A stretch of DNA of 64,000 nucleotides from Candidatus Latescibacterota bacterium (GTDB lineage: Bacteria; Latescibacterota; UBA2968; UBA8231): the NCBI GenBank assembly GCA_965219385.1, contig CBDCNM010000002.1:2288936-2352935 (forward strand), given 5' to 3'. The notes beneath the pieces were generated by a model that did not search any database, was not told where the DNA came from, and saw nothing but the letters and a program-made list of their open reading frames with translations. Made by a program: the position numbers and the translations under genes. The number at the start of each line of letters is the position of its first letter. Within the stretch, counting starts at the first letter, position 1. This document shows positions 39,452 to 48,236 of the stretch, one piece after another.

Positions 39452-39622
39452 GTGGAACGCAAGAAACAGGTTTGCGATACCTGCGGCAAGGAGGTCGAAT
39501 TCCTGCGCCGCGATGTGGTAGACCAGGGCTACAATGCCCTGTCCAAGCCGCCGTTGTGGAACTGCCAGGAGTGCTACCAGAAAAAGCGCGCCAGGAGGAT
39601 CCAGGAGAAGGCCGAACAGTAA
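39452..39622 (+). CDS. Small zinc-ribbon-like protein, 56 aa
   Basis: CDTC...CQEC; GGAGGAG RBS; TAA overlaps the aroK ATG. Confidence 0.65.
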   Translation: MERKKQVCDTCGKEVEFLRRDVVDQGYNALSKPPLWNCQECYQKKRARRIQEKAEQ

Positions 39623-40167
39623 TGGATGAGCCGATTTTTCTGACCGGTTTCATGGGCACTGGAAAGAGCAAGATCGGCTTTTTGCTGGCGCGTTTGCTCG
39701 GGCGGGATTTTGTCGACACGGACCGGTTGATTGAGGAGCGCGCCGGCAGAACCATTCCCGAGATCTTCGCCGGCCAAGGCGAGGAGGGCTTTCGCCAGGT
39801 GGAGCACGAGTGCGTGGCGGAGGTGGTCAGGCGTCGCAATGCAGTGGTCGCCTTGGGGGGCGGGGCAATTGCCCAGGAGCGCAACTGGGAGGTGGTGCGG
39901 AAAGCGGGTGTTCTGGTGTGTCTGGAGGCCAGCGCCGAGGCCATCCTCGAACGGGTCAGCCGCAAGGAGGACAGGCCTTTGCTGGCGGGGCTGTCGCAAC
40001 GAGAAAAACTGGAGGAGATCCGCCGGCTCCTGGCCGAACGCGCTCCGTTTTACCAGCGGGCGGACATCAAGATGCAGAGCAGCGATGAACAGGCTCCCGA
40101 AAAGGTTGCCGAGCAGCTGAGCGAAATACTGGAGTACTGGTATGCGGAAAATAGATGTGGGGCTTGA
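39622..40167 (+). CDS. aroK: Shikimate kinase
   Basis: GFMGTGKS, DTD, GEEGFR..E, GGG, RPLL, R.PFY. Confidence 0.95.
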   Translation: MDEPIFLTGFMGTGKSKIGFLLARLLGRDFVDTDRLIEERAGRTIPEIFAGQGEEGFRQVEHECVAEVVRRRNAVVALGGGAIAQERNWEVVRKAGVLVCLEASAEAILERVSRKEDRPLLAGLSQREKLEEIRRLLAERAPFYQRADIKMQSSDEQAPEKVAEQLSEILEYWYAENRCGA

Positions 40168-41242
40168 AGGACGGGGGTACGCCATCCACGTGGGCCACGG
40201 CATCCTGGCGCAACTGGGCGCGTTGTGCCGGGCGTTGAAACTGGGGCGGCAGGTAGCCGTGATCACGGACGAGGCCGTGGCTGCCAGGTACCTGTCTTCG
40301 GTATCCGCCGGCTTGAGCGCCGCCGGGTACGAGGTCCTGGAGGTGGTTTTCTCCGGGGGGGACGCGGCCAAGAATCTGGAGCATGCGGAACAGATTTTCG
40401 CGCGTTTGATCGAGGCCCGGATGGACCGCGGCGCCTGGATCCTGGCACTGGGCGGGGGCGTGGTCGGGGATATGGCCGGTTTTGTGGCCGCGACCTTTTT
40501 GCGCGGAGTGCCCTACGTACAGGTGCCGACTACGATCGTGGCCCAGGTGGACTCCAGCATCGGCGGCAAGACCGCGGTGAACCACCGCCTGGGCAAGAAC
40601 CTGATCGGCTCCTTTCACCAGCCCGAGCTGGTCTGCATCGACACCGAGGTCCTGCGCACCCTGCCGCGCGGCGAGCTGGTGGCCGGCCTGGCCGAGGTGG
40701 TCAAGCACGCCATAATCCGGGACTCGGAGTTATTCGCATTCCTCGAAGAGCATCTGGAAAAAGTAGTCGCTCTGGAACTTGACCCAGAGTCCCTGGACTG
40801 GCTGATCGCCCGCAATGTGCGGATAAAGGCCGGGGTGGTGGAGGCTGACGAGCGCGAAGGCGGACTGAGGGCCATTCTCAACTACGGCCACACCATCGGC
40901 CACGCCATTGAGGCGGCCACCGAGTACCAGAAGTACCGGCACGGGGAAGGGGTGATCTTGGGCATGATCGGCGCCGGTCACATCGCCCGGAGTCAGGGGT
41001 TGTGGTCCGCGGCCGCCCAACAGCGGCAGGACGGGCTGCTGAAACGGCTGGGGGTGCCTCCGGGTATCGGGGAAGTGCCGGCGGAGCGGGTGGTGGAGCG
41101 CACGCGGGCGGACAAGAAGCGGATCGGCGGCAAGACGCGGCTGATTCTGGGGCGGGAGATCGGGCAGGTGGAGATCGTGGACGGTCTCGGGGAAGAGGTG
41201 TTGCGGGAAGGGGTCGATTATATTCGACAAAAGTATGGGTAG
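40142..41242 (+). CDS. aroB: 3-dehydroquinate synthase
   Basis: GGGVVGD..GF.AA...RG, PTT..AQVDSSIGGKT, LNYGHTIGHA.E, HGE. Confidence 0.96.
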   Translation: MRKIDVGLEGRGYAIHVGHGILAQLGALCRALKLGRQVAVITDEAVAARYLSSVSAGLSAAGYEVLEVVFSGGDAAKNLEHAEQIFARLIEARMDRGAWILALGGGVVGDMAGFVAATFLRGVPYVQVPTTIVAQVDSSIGGKTAVNHRLGKNLIGSFHQPELVCIDTEVLRTLPRGELVAGLAEVVKHAIIRDSELFAFLEEHLEKVVALELDPESLDWLIARNVRIKAGVVEADEREGGLRAILNYGHTIGHAIEAATEYQKYRHGEGVILGMIGAGHIARSQGLWSAAAQQRQDGLLKRLGVPPGIGEVPAERVVERTRADKKRIGGKTRLILGREIGQVEIVDGLGEEVLREGVDYIRQKYG

Positions 41243-41377
41243 GGTGGTGGCCGTGATTGGGGCTATGGTCAGTAATCGCATAACGAAACCGAGTGACCAT
41301 AAGAAGCTGTCTAAGACGCCAGAGGCAATCTCCCTCTTCGGCCGTTCGCCCATTTCGTCAAGTACCGATGGTGGTTT

Positions 41378-42700
41378 ATGTCCAATAATAAAACTCGAAA
41401 AGTACACCTAGTCAGTCTAGGGTGCCCCAAAAACACGGTGGACTCCGAGCGCATGCTGGGTCTTTTGAAAGGCAATCAGTACGAGCTTACCACCGACTCC
41501 CACGCGGCGGATGTGGTGGTGGTGAATACCTGCGGGTTTATCGGCCCGGCCAAGGAAGAGTCCATCGACGCGATCATGGCGGCCCACAGGCTCAAAGAGG
41601 AAGGCCGCTGCGAAGGCGTGATCGTGACCGGGTGCCTGGCCCAGCGCTACCAGGAAGAACTCCAGAGCGAGCTGATCGAGGCGGACCAGATCCTGACCAT
41701 AGATCAGGAAGCCGATATCGTCCACCACGTAGACCAGGTCCTGGGCGCCACCCGGGCGCACTACGTCGCCACCCTGCCCAGGGACAGGCTGACGCCGTGC
41801 CACTGGGCCTATTTGCGGATCTCGGACGGGTGCGATCACAAGTGCGCCTTTTGCGCCATCCCCGCCATCAGGGGACGGCACAAGAGCGAGCCCATCGAGC
41901 AGCTGGTGGCCGAGGCCGAGCGTCTGGCCGCCGGCGGGGTGCGCGAGCTGGTGCTGATTTCCCAGGACTCGGTGCGCTACGGCGCCGACCTTTACGGCCG
42001 CCCCTGGCTGGTGCCCCTCATGCAGCAGTTGTCCGAGGTCGAGGGCATCGACTGGATTCGCCTGATGTACACCTACCCGGCGTTCTGGACCGGGGAGATG
42101 ATCGAATTCTACGCCACCAACCAGAAGATGTGCTCCTACATCGACATGCCTTTGCAGCACATCTCCGATCCGATCCTGCAGCGCATGAAACGCGCCACCA
42201 CCAGGAAGAAGACCCTGGCTCTTCTTCAGCGCCTGCGGCAGCGCCTGCCCGGCGTGGGACTGCGTTCCTCGTTTATCGTGGGGTTTCCCGGCGAGACCGA
42301 GGCGCAGTTCGAGGAGTTGCTGGATTTCGTCGAAGAGACCCGCTTCGACCACGTCACCGGCTTTGTGTACTCCCCCGAAGAGGGCACTGCGGCCTATGAG
42401 CTGGACGGGGAGGTTCCCGAAGAGGTCGCCGAGGAGCGCTACAGCCGGTTGAGCCAGCTGCAGGAGAGGGTCTCGGCACAGCTCAACGACGAGTTGATCG
42501 GCACCCGCCAGGTGGTGCTGGTGGACGAGGAAGATGGGGAGGGAAGCTACTTTGGCCGCATGGAGCGGGATGCCCCCGAGATTGACGGCCAAGTCCAGAT
42601 CACCAGAGGAGAAGCCCGGGTGGGGAAGTTCGTCGAGGTGGAGGTCACCGGGGCCTATGCCTACGAATTGAGCGGGCGTGCCGTGGGCGTGCCGTACTGA
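41378..42700 (+). CDS. rimO: Ribosomal protein S12 methylthiotransferase
   Basis: SLGCPKN.VDSE, NTCGFI, GCDHKCAFC, APEIDG TRAM domain. Confidence 0.95.
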   Translation: MSNNKTRKVHLVSLGCPKNTVDSERMLGLLKGNQYELTTDSHAADVVVVNTCGFIGPAKEESIDAIMAAHRLKEEGRCEGVIVTGCLAQRYQEELQSELIEADQILTIDQEADIVHHVDQVLGATRAHYVATLPRDRLTPCHWAYLRISDGCDHKCAFCAIPAIRGRHKSEPIEQLVAEAERLAAGGVRELVLISQDSVRYGADLYGRPWLVPLMQQLSEVEGIDWIRLMYTYPAFWTGEMIEFYATNQKMCSYIDMPLQHISDPILQRMKRATTRKKTLALLQRLRQRLPGVGLRSSFIVGFPGETEAQFEELLDFVEETRFDHVTGFVYSPEEGTAAYELDGEVPEEVAEERYSRLSQLQERVSAQLNDELIGTRQVVLVDEEDGEGSYFGRMERDAPEIDGQVQITRGEARVGKFVEVEVTGAYAYELSGRAVGVPY

Positions 42701-42709
42701 GGGATTCAC

Positions 42710-43045
42710 ATGAACCGGAAGAAGAAGCGGCCTGCCAAGATTGAACTGGACCATGAAAAGGGCGATCTGGTCATCGTCTGGAAAGACGGCGACGAGAGCC
42801 GTTTTGCCCTGGCGGAGCTGCGTCGGAATTGTCCCTGCGCCGTGTGCCGGGATCTGCGCGCCCGCAACGACGTAGAGACTGGAGAGCTGAAGCTCCTGGA
42901 CGGGGAGGCAGCCACGGCCACGGCCGCGGCACGCGACTTTGTGTACGTGGGGCGCTACGGGATCCGCATCACCTGGGCCGACGGCCACGACACCGGGATC
43001 TACACCTTTGAAGCCCTGAGACAGCAGGATGAGGAAGCCGGGTAA
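42710..43045 (+). CDS. DUF971 (GBBH N-terminal-like) protein
   Basis: LR..CPCA.C and VG.Y.....W.DGH.TGIY. Confidence 0.88.
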   Translation: MNRKKKRPAKIELDHEKGDLVIVWKDGDESRFALAELRRNCPCAVCRDLRARNDVETGELKLLDGEAATATAAARDFVYVGRYGIRITWADGHDTGIYTFEALRQQDEEAG

Positions 43046-43047
43046 TG

Positions 43048-44829
43048 CTACTCAGAAGCCTTCTCAGGTCCCTGCCGCCAGCGGCCCTCGAAAACCTGCT
43101 GGAGCCAGAGTTCGAGCGTCAGGTAGCGGCAGAGTTGTTCGGTGTGGTCGCTTCCGTTCAGGTGGGCTTCGAAGGTGTTGATTACTCTTTTTGCGGGGAC
43201 GTAGTTCCGGTACAGGGCGTCGGGACTGGAGAGCAGGGTAGAAAAGGTGGTGCGGGCTGGATCCTGGCGGATCCAGTCGGGGTAATCGAACAAACCCTCC
43301 GGACGCGCACTCCGGCTTGGGGAGCACAGCCGCACCCGGAGCCGGCGGATCTTTCTGTGTGCCCGAACCGCCCACAAAGGCCAGGTGAGGGGCAGGCCCG
43401 TGGCCTGCCAGGGGATGTTTTTGAAATAGTCCGGGAAGGTGGTTAAAAGCATGGTCCGGTAGAGCCGGTTGTGTCGTTTCAGGGCCGTGGGGATGGCATA
43501 GAGCAACTCCTGAAAATGGTTGTCCAGAAAGGGCAGACGGTATTCGACGCCCCTGGAGATCCCCAGTCTGAGGCCATGGAGGGTGAAACAGCGCATGCGA
43601 TGGGTTATGTAAAAGACGTGTGCAGAGCCGGCGCGGGTCAACTCCTCCTCCAGGACCGCGGGGAGGGCGGGAAAGGTCTCCGGATCCAGATAAAGCACGC
43701 TACGGACATAATCCGCAAAGCCGTCTGCTTCGAACAGGTGGCCCCCGCCTGCGATTCCGTCTCCGCCGGCGCCGGACAGGGCCGTTTCGAACAGATCCCC
43801 CAGGTTGGGATACTCGACGCCGTGCATGTGGTACAGGTCGAGCTGGCCGTCCGTCGCCCAGATGCCGCCGATGCGGGGGAGAAACCAGTTCCGGGGGCCG
43901 ATCTCGAAGGTGTGGTGCCGGGCCCCTTTGCGCGCCGCGGCCATGGCTGCAATGCGGACCTCGCTGCTTCCTTCGGAGCCGAAGGTCAGCGCCGGGATCG
44001 GGGCCTGATGTTGCGGCATGGCCGCGAGGATCGCCCGGGAATCGAGCCCGCCGCTGAGGGTCAGGCCCACGCGCTCACCCTGGCTGCAGCGCCGTTCGAC
44101 GGCCCGGACAAAACGTCGGCCCAGTTCTTCCGCCAGTTCTCGGGGAGAGGGTTTGCCGATATCCAGGGAAATCCTCTCCCATTCCCAGTAGCGTCTTCTC
44201 TGTATCGTCTGGTCGTGGAGGCCGTAGGTCAGGCAGGTGGCCGGCGTCAGCCGCTCGATATTTTCCAGCCAGGTGCGGTCCCCCACTAGGTAGCCAATGC
44301 CCAGGAAGGCTTCCAGGGACTGGCGATCCAGGACGGGGCTGAACCCGGGCAGTTGCAGCAGGGCCTTGGGCTCCGAAGCCCAGGCCAGGACGTCCCCGCG
44401 GCGGGTCCAGCACAGCTGGCGTAGCCCGTAGCGATCCGCAACCAGGTGGATCTTCCCGCACCGGGCGTCGAAAACGGCGGCGGCGTAGATGCCGTCCAAG
44501 GCGGCCAGGGCGGAAAAGGGATCGTCGGTTTGAAACACAGCGAGGAGAAGGGCCGGGCCGGTCGCGGCTGCAATGCCCAGATTCTGGGCGATTTCAGCGC
44601 GGTTGTAGCATTCTCCATCCATCCAGACGGTGAGATCAGCAGTGCTGAAGACCTGGCTCTGGAGGGGGTAGGTAGAGACACAGGCGGCCCGTACCCGGGG
44701 GGAACAAAAACAGGTAGCGGCCCGGTGTTTTGCATGGTACTCAAGGGCCGCCCGCATCTTCTGGAGCGCGGCGTCCGCGTCTTTTTCGCTCCAGTTGATG
44801 GGCGGAGTAAAGCCGACTATTCCAGGCAA
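43048..44829 (-). CDS. Asparagine synthase-related amidotransferase-like protein
   Basis: DRYG, ASE.KA, LSGGLDSR, SG.GGD, PFLD; N-terminus MPGIVG lacks Cys2. Confidence 0.8.
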   Translation of the reverse strand: MPGIVGFTPPINWSEKDADAALQKMRAALEYHAKHRAATCFCSPRVRAACVSTYPLQSQVFSTADLTVWMDGECYNRAEIAQNLGIAAATGPALLLAVFQTDDPFSALAALDGIYAAAVFDARCGKIHLVADRYGLRQLCWTRRGDVLAWASEPKALLQLPGFSPVLDRQSLEAFLGIGYLVGDRTWLENIERLTPATCLTYGLHDQTIQRRRYWEWERISLDIGKPSPRELAEELGRRFVRAVERRCSQGERVGLTLSGGLDSRAILAAMPQHQAPIPALTFGSEGSSEVRIAAMAAARKGARHHTFEIGPRNWFLPRIGGIWATDGQLDLYHMHGVEYPNLGDLFETALSGAGGDGIAGGGHLFEADGFADYVRSVLYLDPETFPALPAVLEEELTRAGSAHVFYITHRMRCFTLHGLRLGISRGVEYRLPFLDNHFQELLYAIPTALKRHNRLYRTMLLTTFPDYFKNIPWQATGLPLTWPLWAVRAHRKIRRLRVRLCSPSRSARPEGLFDYPDWIRQDPARTTFSTLLSSPDALYRNYVPAKRVINTFEAHLNGSDHTEQLCRYLTLELWLQQVFEGRWRQGPEKASE

Positions 44830-44880
44830 GGTTCCGGATTGCGCAGGGTACAGGTGAGATGGGGTATAACTTATATAAAC

Positions 44881-45311
44881 GTGTGAGCTTTAAGTCGCTT
44901 AAGTTGAGTGAAATCCAGTATGGATTTCTTAACCAGTGTGCAGGTTAATTGCCAGCCTCTCTTGCGTCCCTGGTAACGGGGGGGATTGATTTTCTGAAAC
45001 AAGAGGCGAAAAACCTAATGTAAAGATAGCCACAAATCAATACAGGGCAAGGCAAAGACCGGTAGGGGGAACGAAAGTGAATCTATGTAAGCGTCGTAAA
45101 AGTTAGCTACCGAAATGTGGATGATACGGTAGTATTGGGTCAAATGTGAAAAAGGCAATGTTTATGGCCTTAATCACCTCGGTGACAAGGGAAGTGTTAC
45201 AGTCCCTAAGCGCACACCACAGGCCCCGGCGTAGAGTAGGCTCCTAACCCGGTCGTATCTCACACGGTTCTGAGGGGGCCGGGAGGTGGTGACACTTCCC
45301 GGCTACCCGAC
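44881..45311 (+). mobile_element. Group II intron remnant (no RT ORF, internally deleted)
   Basis: 5' GTGTG; domain I motifs GAACGAAAGTGAA and CCGGCGTAGAG; EBS1/EBS2 complementary to the 5' exon; 3' CGGTTCTGAGGGGG-hairpin-CTACCCGAC. Confidence 0.8.
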
Positions 45312-45453
45312 CTACACAGTGCTAAGGGAAGTGTCAATTGCGGGAGGAGATTCGTCCGAGATGAAGAGGTTCTTCAAGAGCGCTTTGAAGACAGTGGTTG
45401 AGAAAGGTTGAGGACCTATGCCGATGAACAGATTGAGCGCTACCGCGTCGGAT

Positions 45454-47589
45454 TCATCGAAAACCTGGCCGAGCTTCCGCTGGAGCTGAAATTTCCTCTC
45501 TGGCCGCCGTGTGCCGAGTCCGGCCGTGCGGGGCGCGGGCGATCCACAGCTCTATTAGAAGCAGGACCAGGGCGAGGATCAGGCACTCGCGCCAGAGTTC
45601 GCGGCCGTAGCGCCGGCCCAGGATCTCAAAGCGCAGGTCGTCGCTGGGCTGGATGAAATGGGTGCGGTCCGGGCCGAAGATCCGTCTCAGGTGGTCCCTG
45701 ACGACGGGGGTCAGCACGGATTCCCTGGTGTCGAGGTTCACCGGAAAGCGATCCACCACCTCCCCTTCCTTCCACAAACGCCACAGCCCCGATTCGCCCA
45801 CCCGGGGAATCTTCCAGTAGTAGCGGCCCCCGACCAGGTCCGGCGAGATCAACAGGTGGTTGCCCTCCGGGCTCTCAGCCTCGATGGCGCTCTTGAGGGA
45901 GACACCGTCCAGGTAGCGGTGCACGGTCCGGCCCACCTGGTAGGTGGTGCGATGGTCCGGGGGTAGACTCAGATGGCGCGTGAGCCGGTGCAGCAGGGGA
46001 ACGAAGAGCCCTTTTATGGGCAGGTCGTTCCAGTCCGAGGAGAGGGGCGCGGCAAAAAGAACGGTGCGGCCTCGATCTTTCCAACCCGAGGCCAGGGCGA
46101 TGTGGCCGTCGGCGAAGTAGATTAGAGGGTGCAGGTTGTTCTTGGGAGCCAGTTCGAAGGTGGCGTAAAAGCGCGGCTGGTCTTCGGGCTTTTGCGGCAG
46201 GAGGTCCTGGAAGAGGGCGTGGTGAGGTTGGTCCCGATCCAGGAGCTGAAAGGTCGTCTTCTCTTTGATATCGCCGAGCACCCCCTTGAAGAGCACCGGT
46301 ACCAGGCCGGGCAGAAAGTCCCGGTTGTAGAAATTCAGATCGGCCTGGGGAGAGGGGAAGACGGTCAGGCCTCCACCCGCGGCGACAAAGTTGTGCAGAA
46401 GCGCGGTTTTTTCGGCGTTGAGCCACCGCAGATTGCACAGGTAGAGGATGTGGACTCCCTCCAGGAAAGCCGCCTCCAGATCCTCCAAGAAACCAGAGCG
46501 TATGCTCAGAACAGGATCGGACTGCGCCGCAACACTGAGCGCCCGACGCGGGAAGTAGGTATCGCCCGGCCGGTCTCCGAGGATCAGCACGTTGATCTCT
46601 TCTGGTATATCGAGGGCAAAGTAGCGCCGATTGTCTAGGGTCAGAGCATCGTCCTCTACTTCCACGTACCCGGTCAGACGGCCGGCCCGGCGCGGGGTTG
46701 CGATGAATTCGATCCAGGCCTGTTCGCCGGGAGCCAGGTCCACTTCCCGGCGGCGCACCCGCTCGTCGTCGATATACAGATCCAGGTAGGTGCCGGGGGC
46801 GCTCTGTGCCGAAGAATTGGTGAGGCCGACCTGTACTGTGAGCTTGCTGCCCGGAGCCGGCATCCAGCTCGAGGCGCGTACCCCGTCGATGTGGATATTG
46901 TCCCTTTGCGTGGTTTCCGGGGCGCTGATGTAGACCCGGGCGTCCGGCAGCCAACCCTGTTGGTCTTCCACCGCCGCCCAGTTGTAGCGGGCCAGGTCGG
47001 TGAACAGGAATACCTCGCGGTTCCACGCCTGTTTGTCGGCCAGTTGCCGGGCGGCGCTGTTGAGGGCTTGGGTGAAATCGGTGGACTCTTCGGTCGGGAG
47101 CAGTTCCTTTACCTTCTCTTCGAGTTGCTCCCAATCGCTGCCGAAAGGGTCCAGTGGGGTGGGGTGTCCGGCAAAGGGGATGAGGATCACCTGATCGCGG
47201 TCGTCGAAGAATTTCAGCGCCGCCAGTACCTGGGTTTGCAGCTGCTCGAAGAGCCGTCCTGTGGGCTGGCGGTAGGTCGTGCTGTAGGAGCGGTCGAGCA
47301 GGAAAACGGCCGCGGTAGGGACGCTGCTGCCGCCCCAGCCGCTGGCCCCGGCCTGGTAGGCCGGCCGGGCAAAGGCGGTGGCGATGAGCAGGATGATCAG
47401 GGTGCGCAGCAACAGGATCAGCCACTGCCGCAGCTGTACGCGGCGCATGCGGGTGTGGTGCAGGCGGCGCAGAAATTCGAGGTTGCTGAAGGGCAACGGG
47501 CGCGCCCGGCCCCGGTGCAGGAGATGGATAGCGAGCGGGATGGCCGCCGCCGCCAGCCCCAGGAGCATGATGGGATTGAGGAAGTGCAA
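45454..47589 (-). CDS. BatA/aerotolerance N-terminal and VWA-like domain membrane protein
   Basis: F.NP..L.GL....IP..IHL, PFS.L.FL, LLL.LR, D.S.S, FTD, D.L..DN.R. Confidence 0.85.
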   Translation of the reverse strand: MHFLNPIMLLGLAAAAIPLAIHLLHRGRARPLPFSNLEFLRRLHHTRMRRVQLRQWLILLLRTLIILLIATAFARPAYQAGASGWGGSSVPTAAVFLLDRSYSTTYRQPTGRLFEQLQTQVLAALKFFDDRDQVILIPFAGHPTPLDPFGSDWEQLEEKVKELLPTEESTDFTQALNSAARQLADKQAWNREVFLFTDLARYNWAAVEDQQGWLPDARVYISAPETTQRDNIHIDGVRASSWMPAPGSKLTVQVGLTNSSAQSAPGTYLDLYIDDERVRRREVDLAPGEQAWIEFIATPRRAGRLTGYVEVEDDALTLDNRRYFALDIPEEINVLILGDRPGDTYFPRRALSVAAQSDPVLSIRSGFLEDLEAAFLEGVHILYLCNLRWLNAEKTALLHNFVAAGGGLTVFPSPQADLNFYNRDFLPGLVPVLFKGVLGDIKEKTTFQLLDRDQPHHALFQDLLPQKPEDQPRFYATFELAPKNNLHPLIYFADGHIALASGWKDRGRTVLFAAPLSSDWNDLPIKGLFVPLLHRLTRHLSLPPDHRTTYQVGRTVHRYLDGVSLKSAIEAESPEGNHLLISPDLVGGRYYWKIPRVGESGLWRLWKEGEVVDRFPVNLDTRESVLTPVVRDHLRRIFGPDRTHFIQPSDDLRFEILGRRYGRELWRECLILALVLLLIELWIARAPHGRTRHTAAREEISAPAEARPGFR

Positions 47590-47595
47590 GCCTGA

Positions 47596-48066
47596 TTAGC
47601 CGGCCAGGTTGTTCTTTTCTTCGGTTTCGATCACGCTCAGCAGTTCCGCGGCCGTGGAGGCGGCGATCAGCTTCTTTTTGAAGTCGTCGTTTTTGAGCAG
47701 GCGCGAAATTCGGGCCAGGGCTTTGATGTGAGGACCGGATATATTGGCGGGCGAAACCAGGAGGAAGAACACGTAGGCGGGTTCGCCATCCAGGGCTTCG
47801 AAATCCGCGCCTCTTTTCTGCGTGCCCAGAGCCGCGGCCAGACGAATCACGGCATCGGATTTGCCGTGGGGAATGGCAATGCCGTCGCCGATGCCCGTGC
47901 TCATGATCTTTTCGCGTTCGCAGACGGCCTGCAGGACCTTATCTTTGTCGGTGAGGACTTCCCCTTCCTCCAGAGAGTCGACCAGTTCTTTGATGATGTC
48001 TTCCTTGGTCTCGCCCTGGAGGCCGACGATCATGGACCTGGGGGAGAGGATATCCAGTAGATTCAT
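47596..48066 (-). CDS. PTS IIA component (PtsN/fructose-type)
   Basis: RE...STGIG.GIAIPH, DF..LDG, H...LA.ISR. Confidence 0.92.
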   Translation of the reverse strand: MNLLDILSPRSMIVGLQGETKEDIIKELVDSLEEGEVLTDKDKVLQAVCEREKIMSTGIGDGIAIPHGKSDAVIRLAAALGTQKRGADFEALDGEPAYVFFLLVSPANISGPHIKALARISRLLKNDDFKKKLIAASTAAELLSVIETEEKNNLAG

Positions 48067-48236
48067 TTGTTCGCTCCGGTGTGTTCATACCTTTCACGAA
48101 GATAACAGATCCCCGGAGTATAAGTCAAGCGTTTGCCCACATTTTAGTTGGTCCTCGACATATTTTATCCGTTGCTGTAGATTCAAAATGGTTGCAGATT
48201 TATGCGCATTTCACGCTATTTTGCAGGAGCGAAAAA

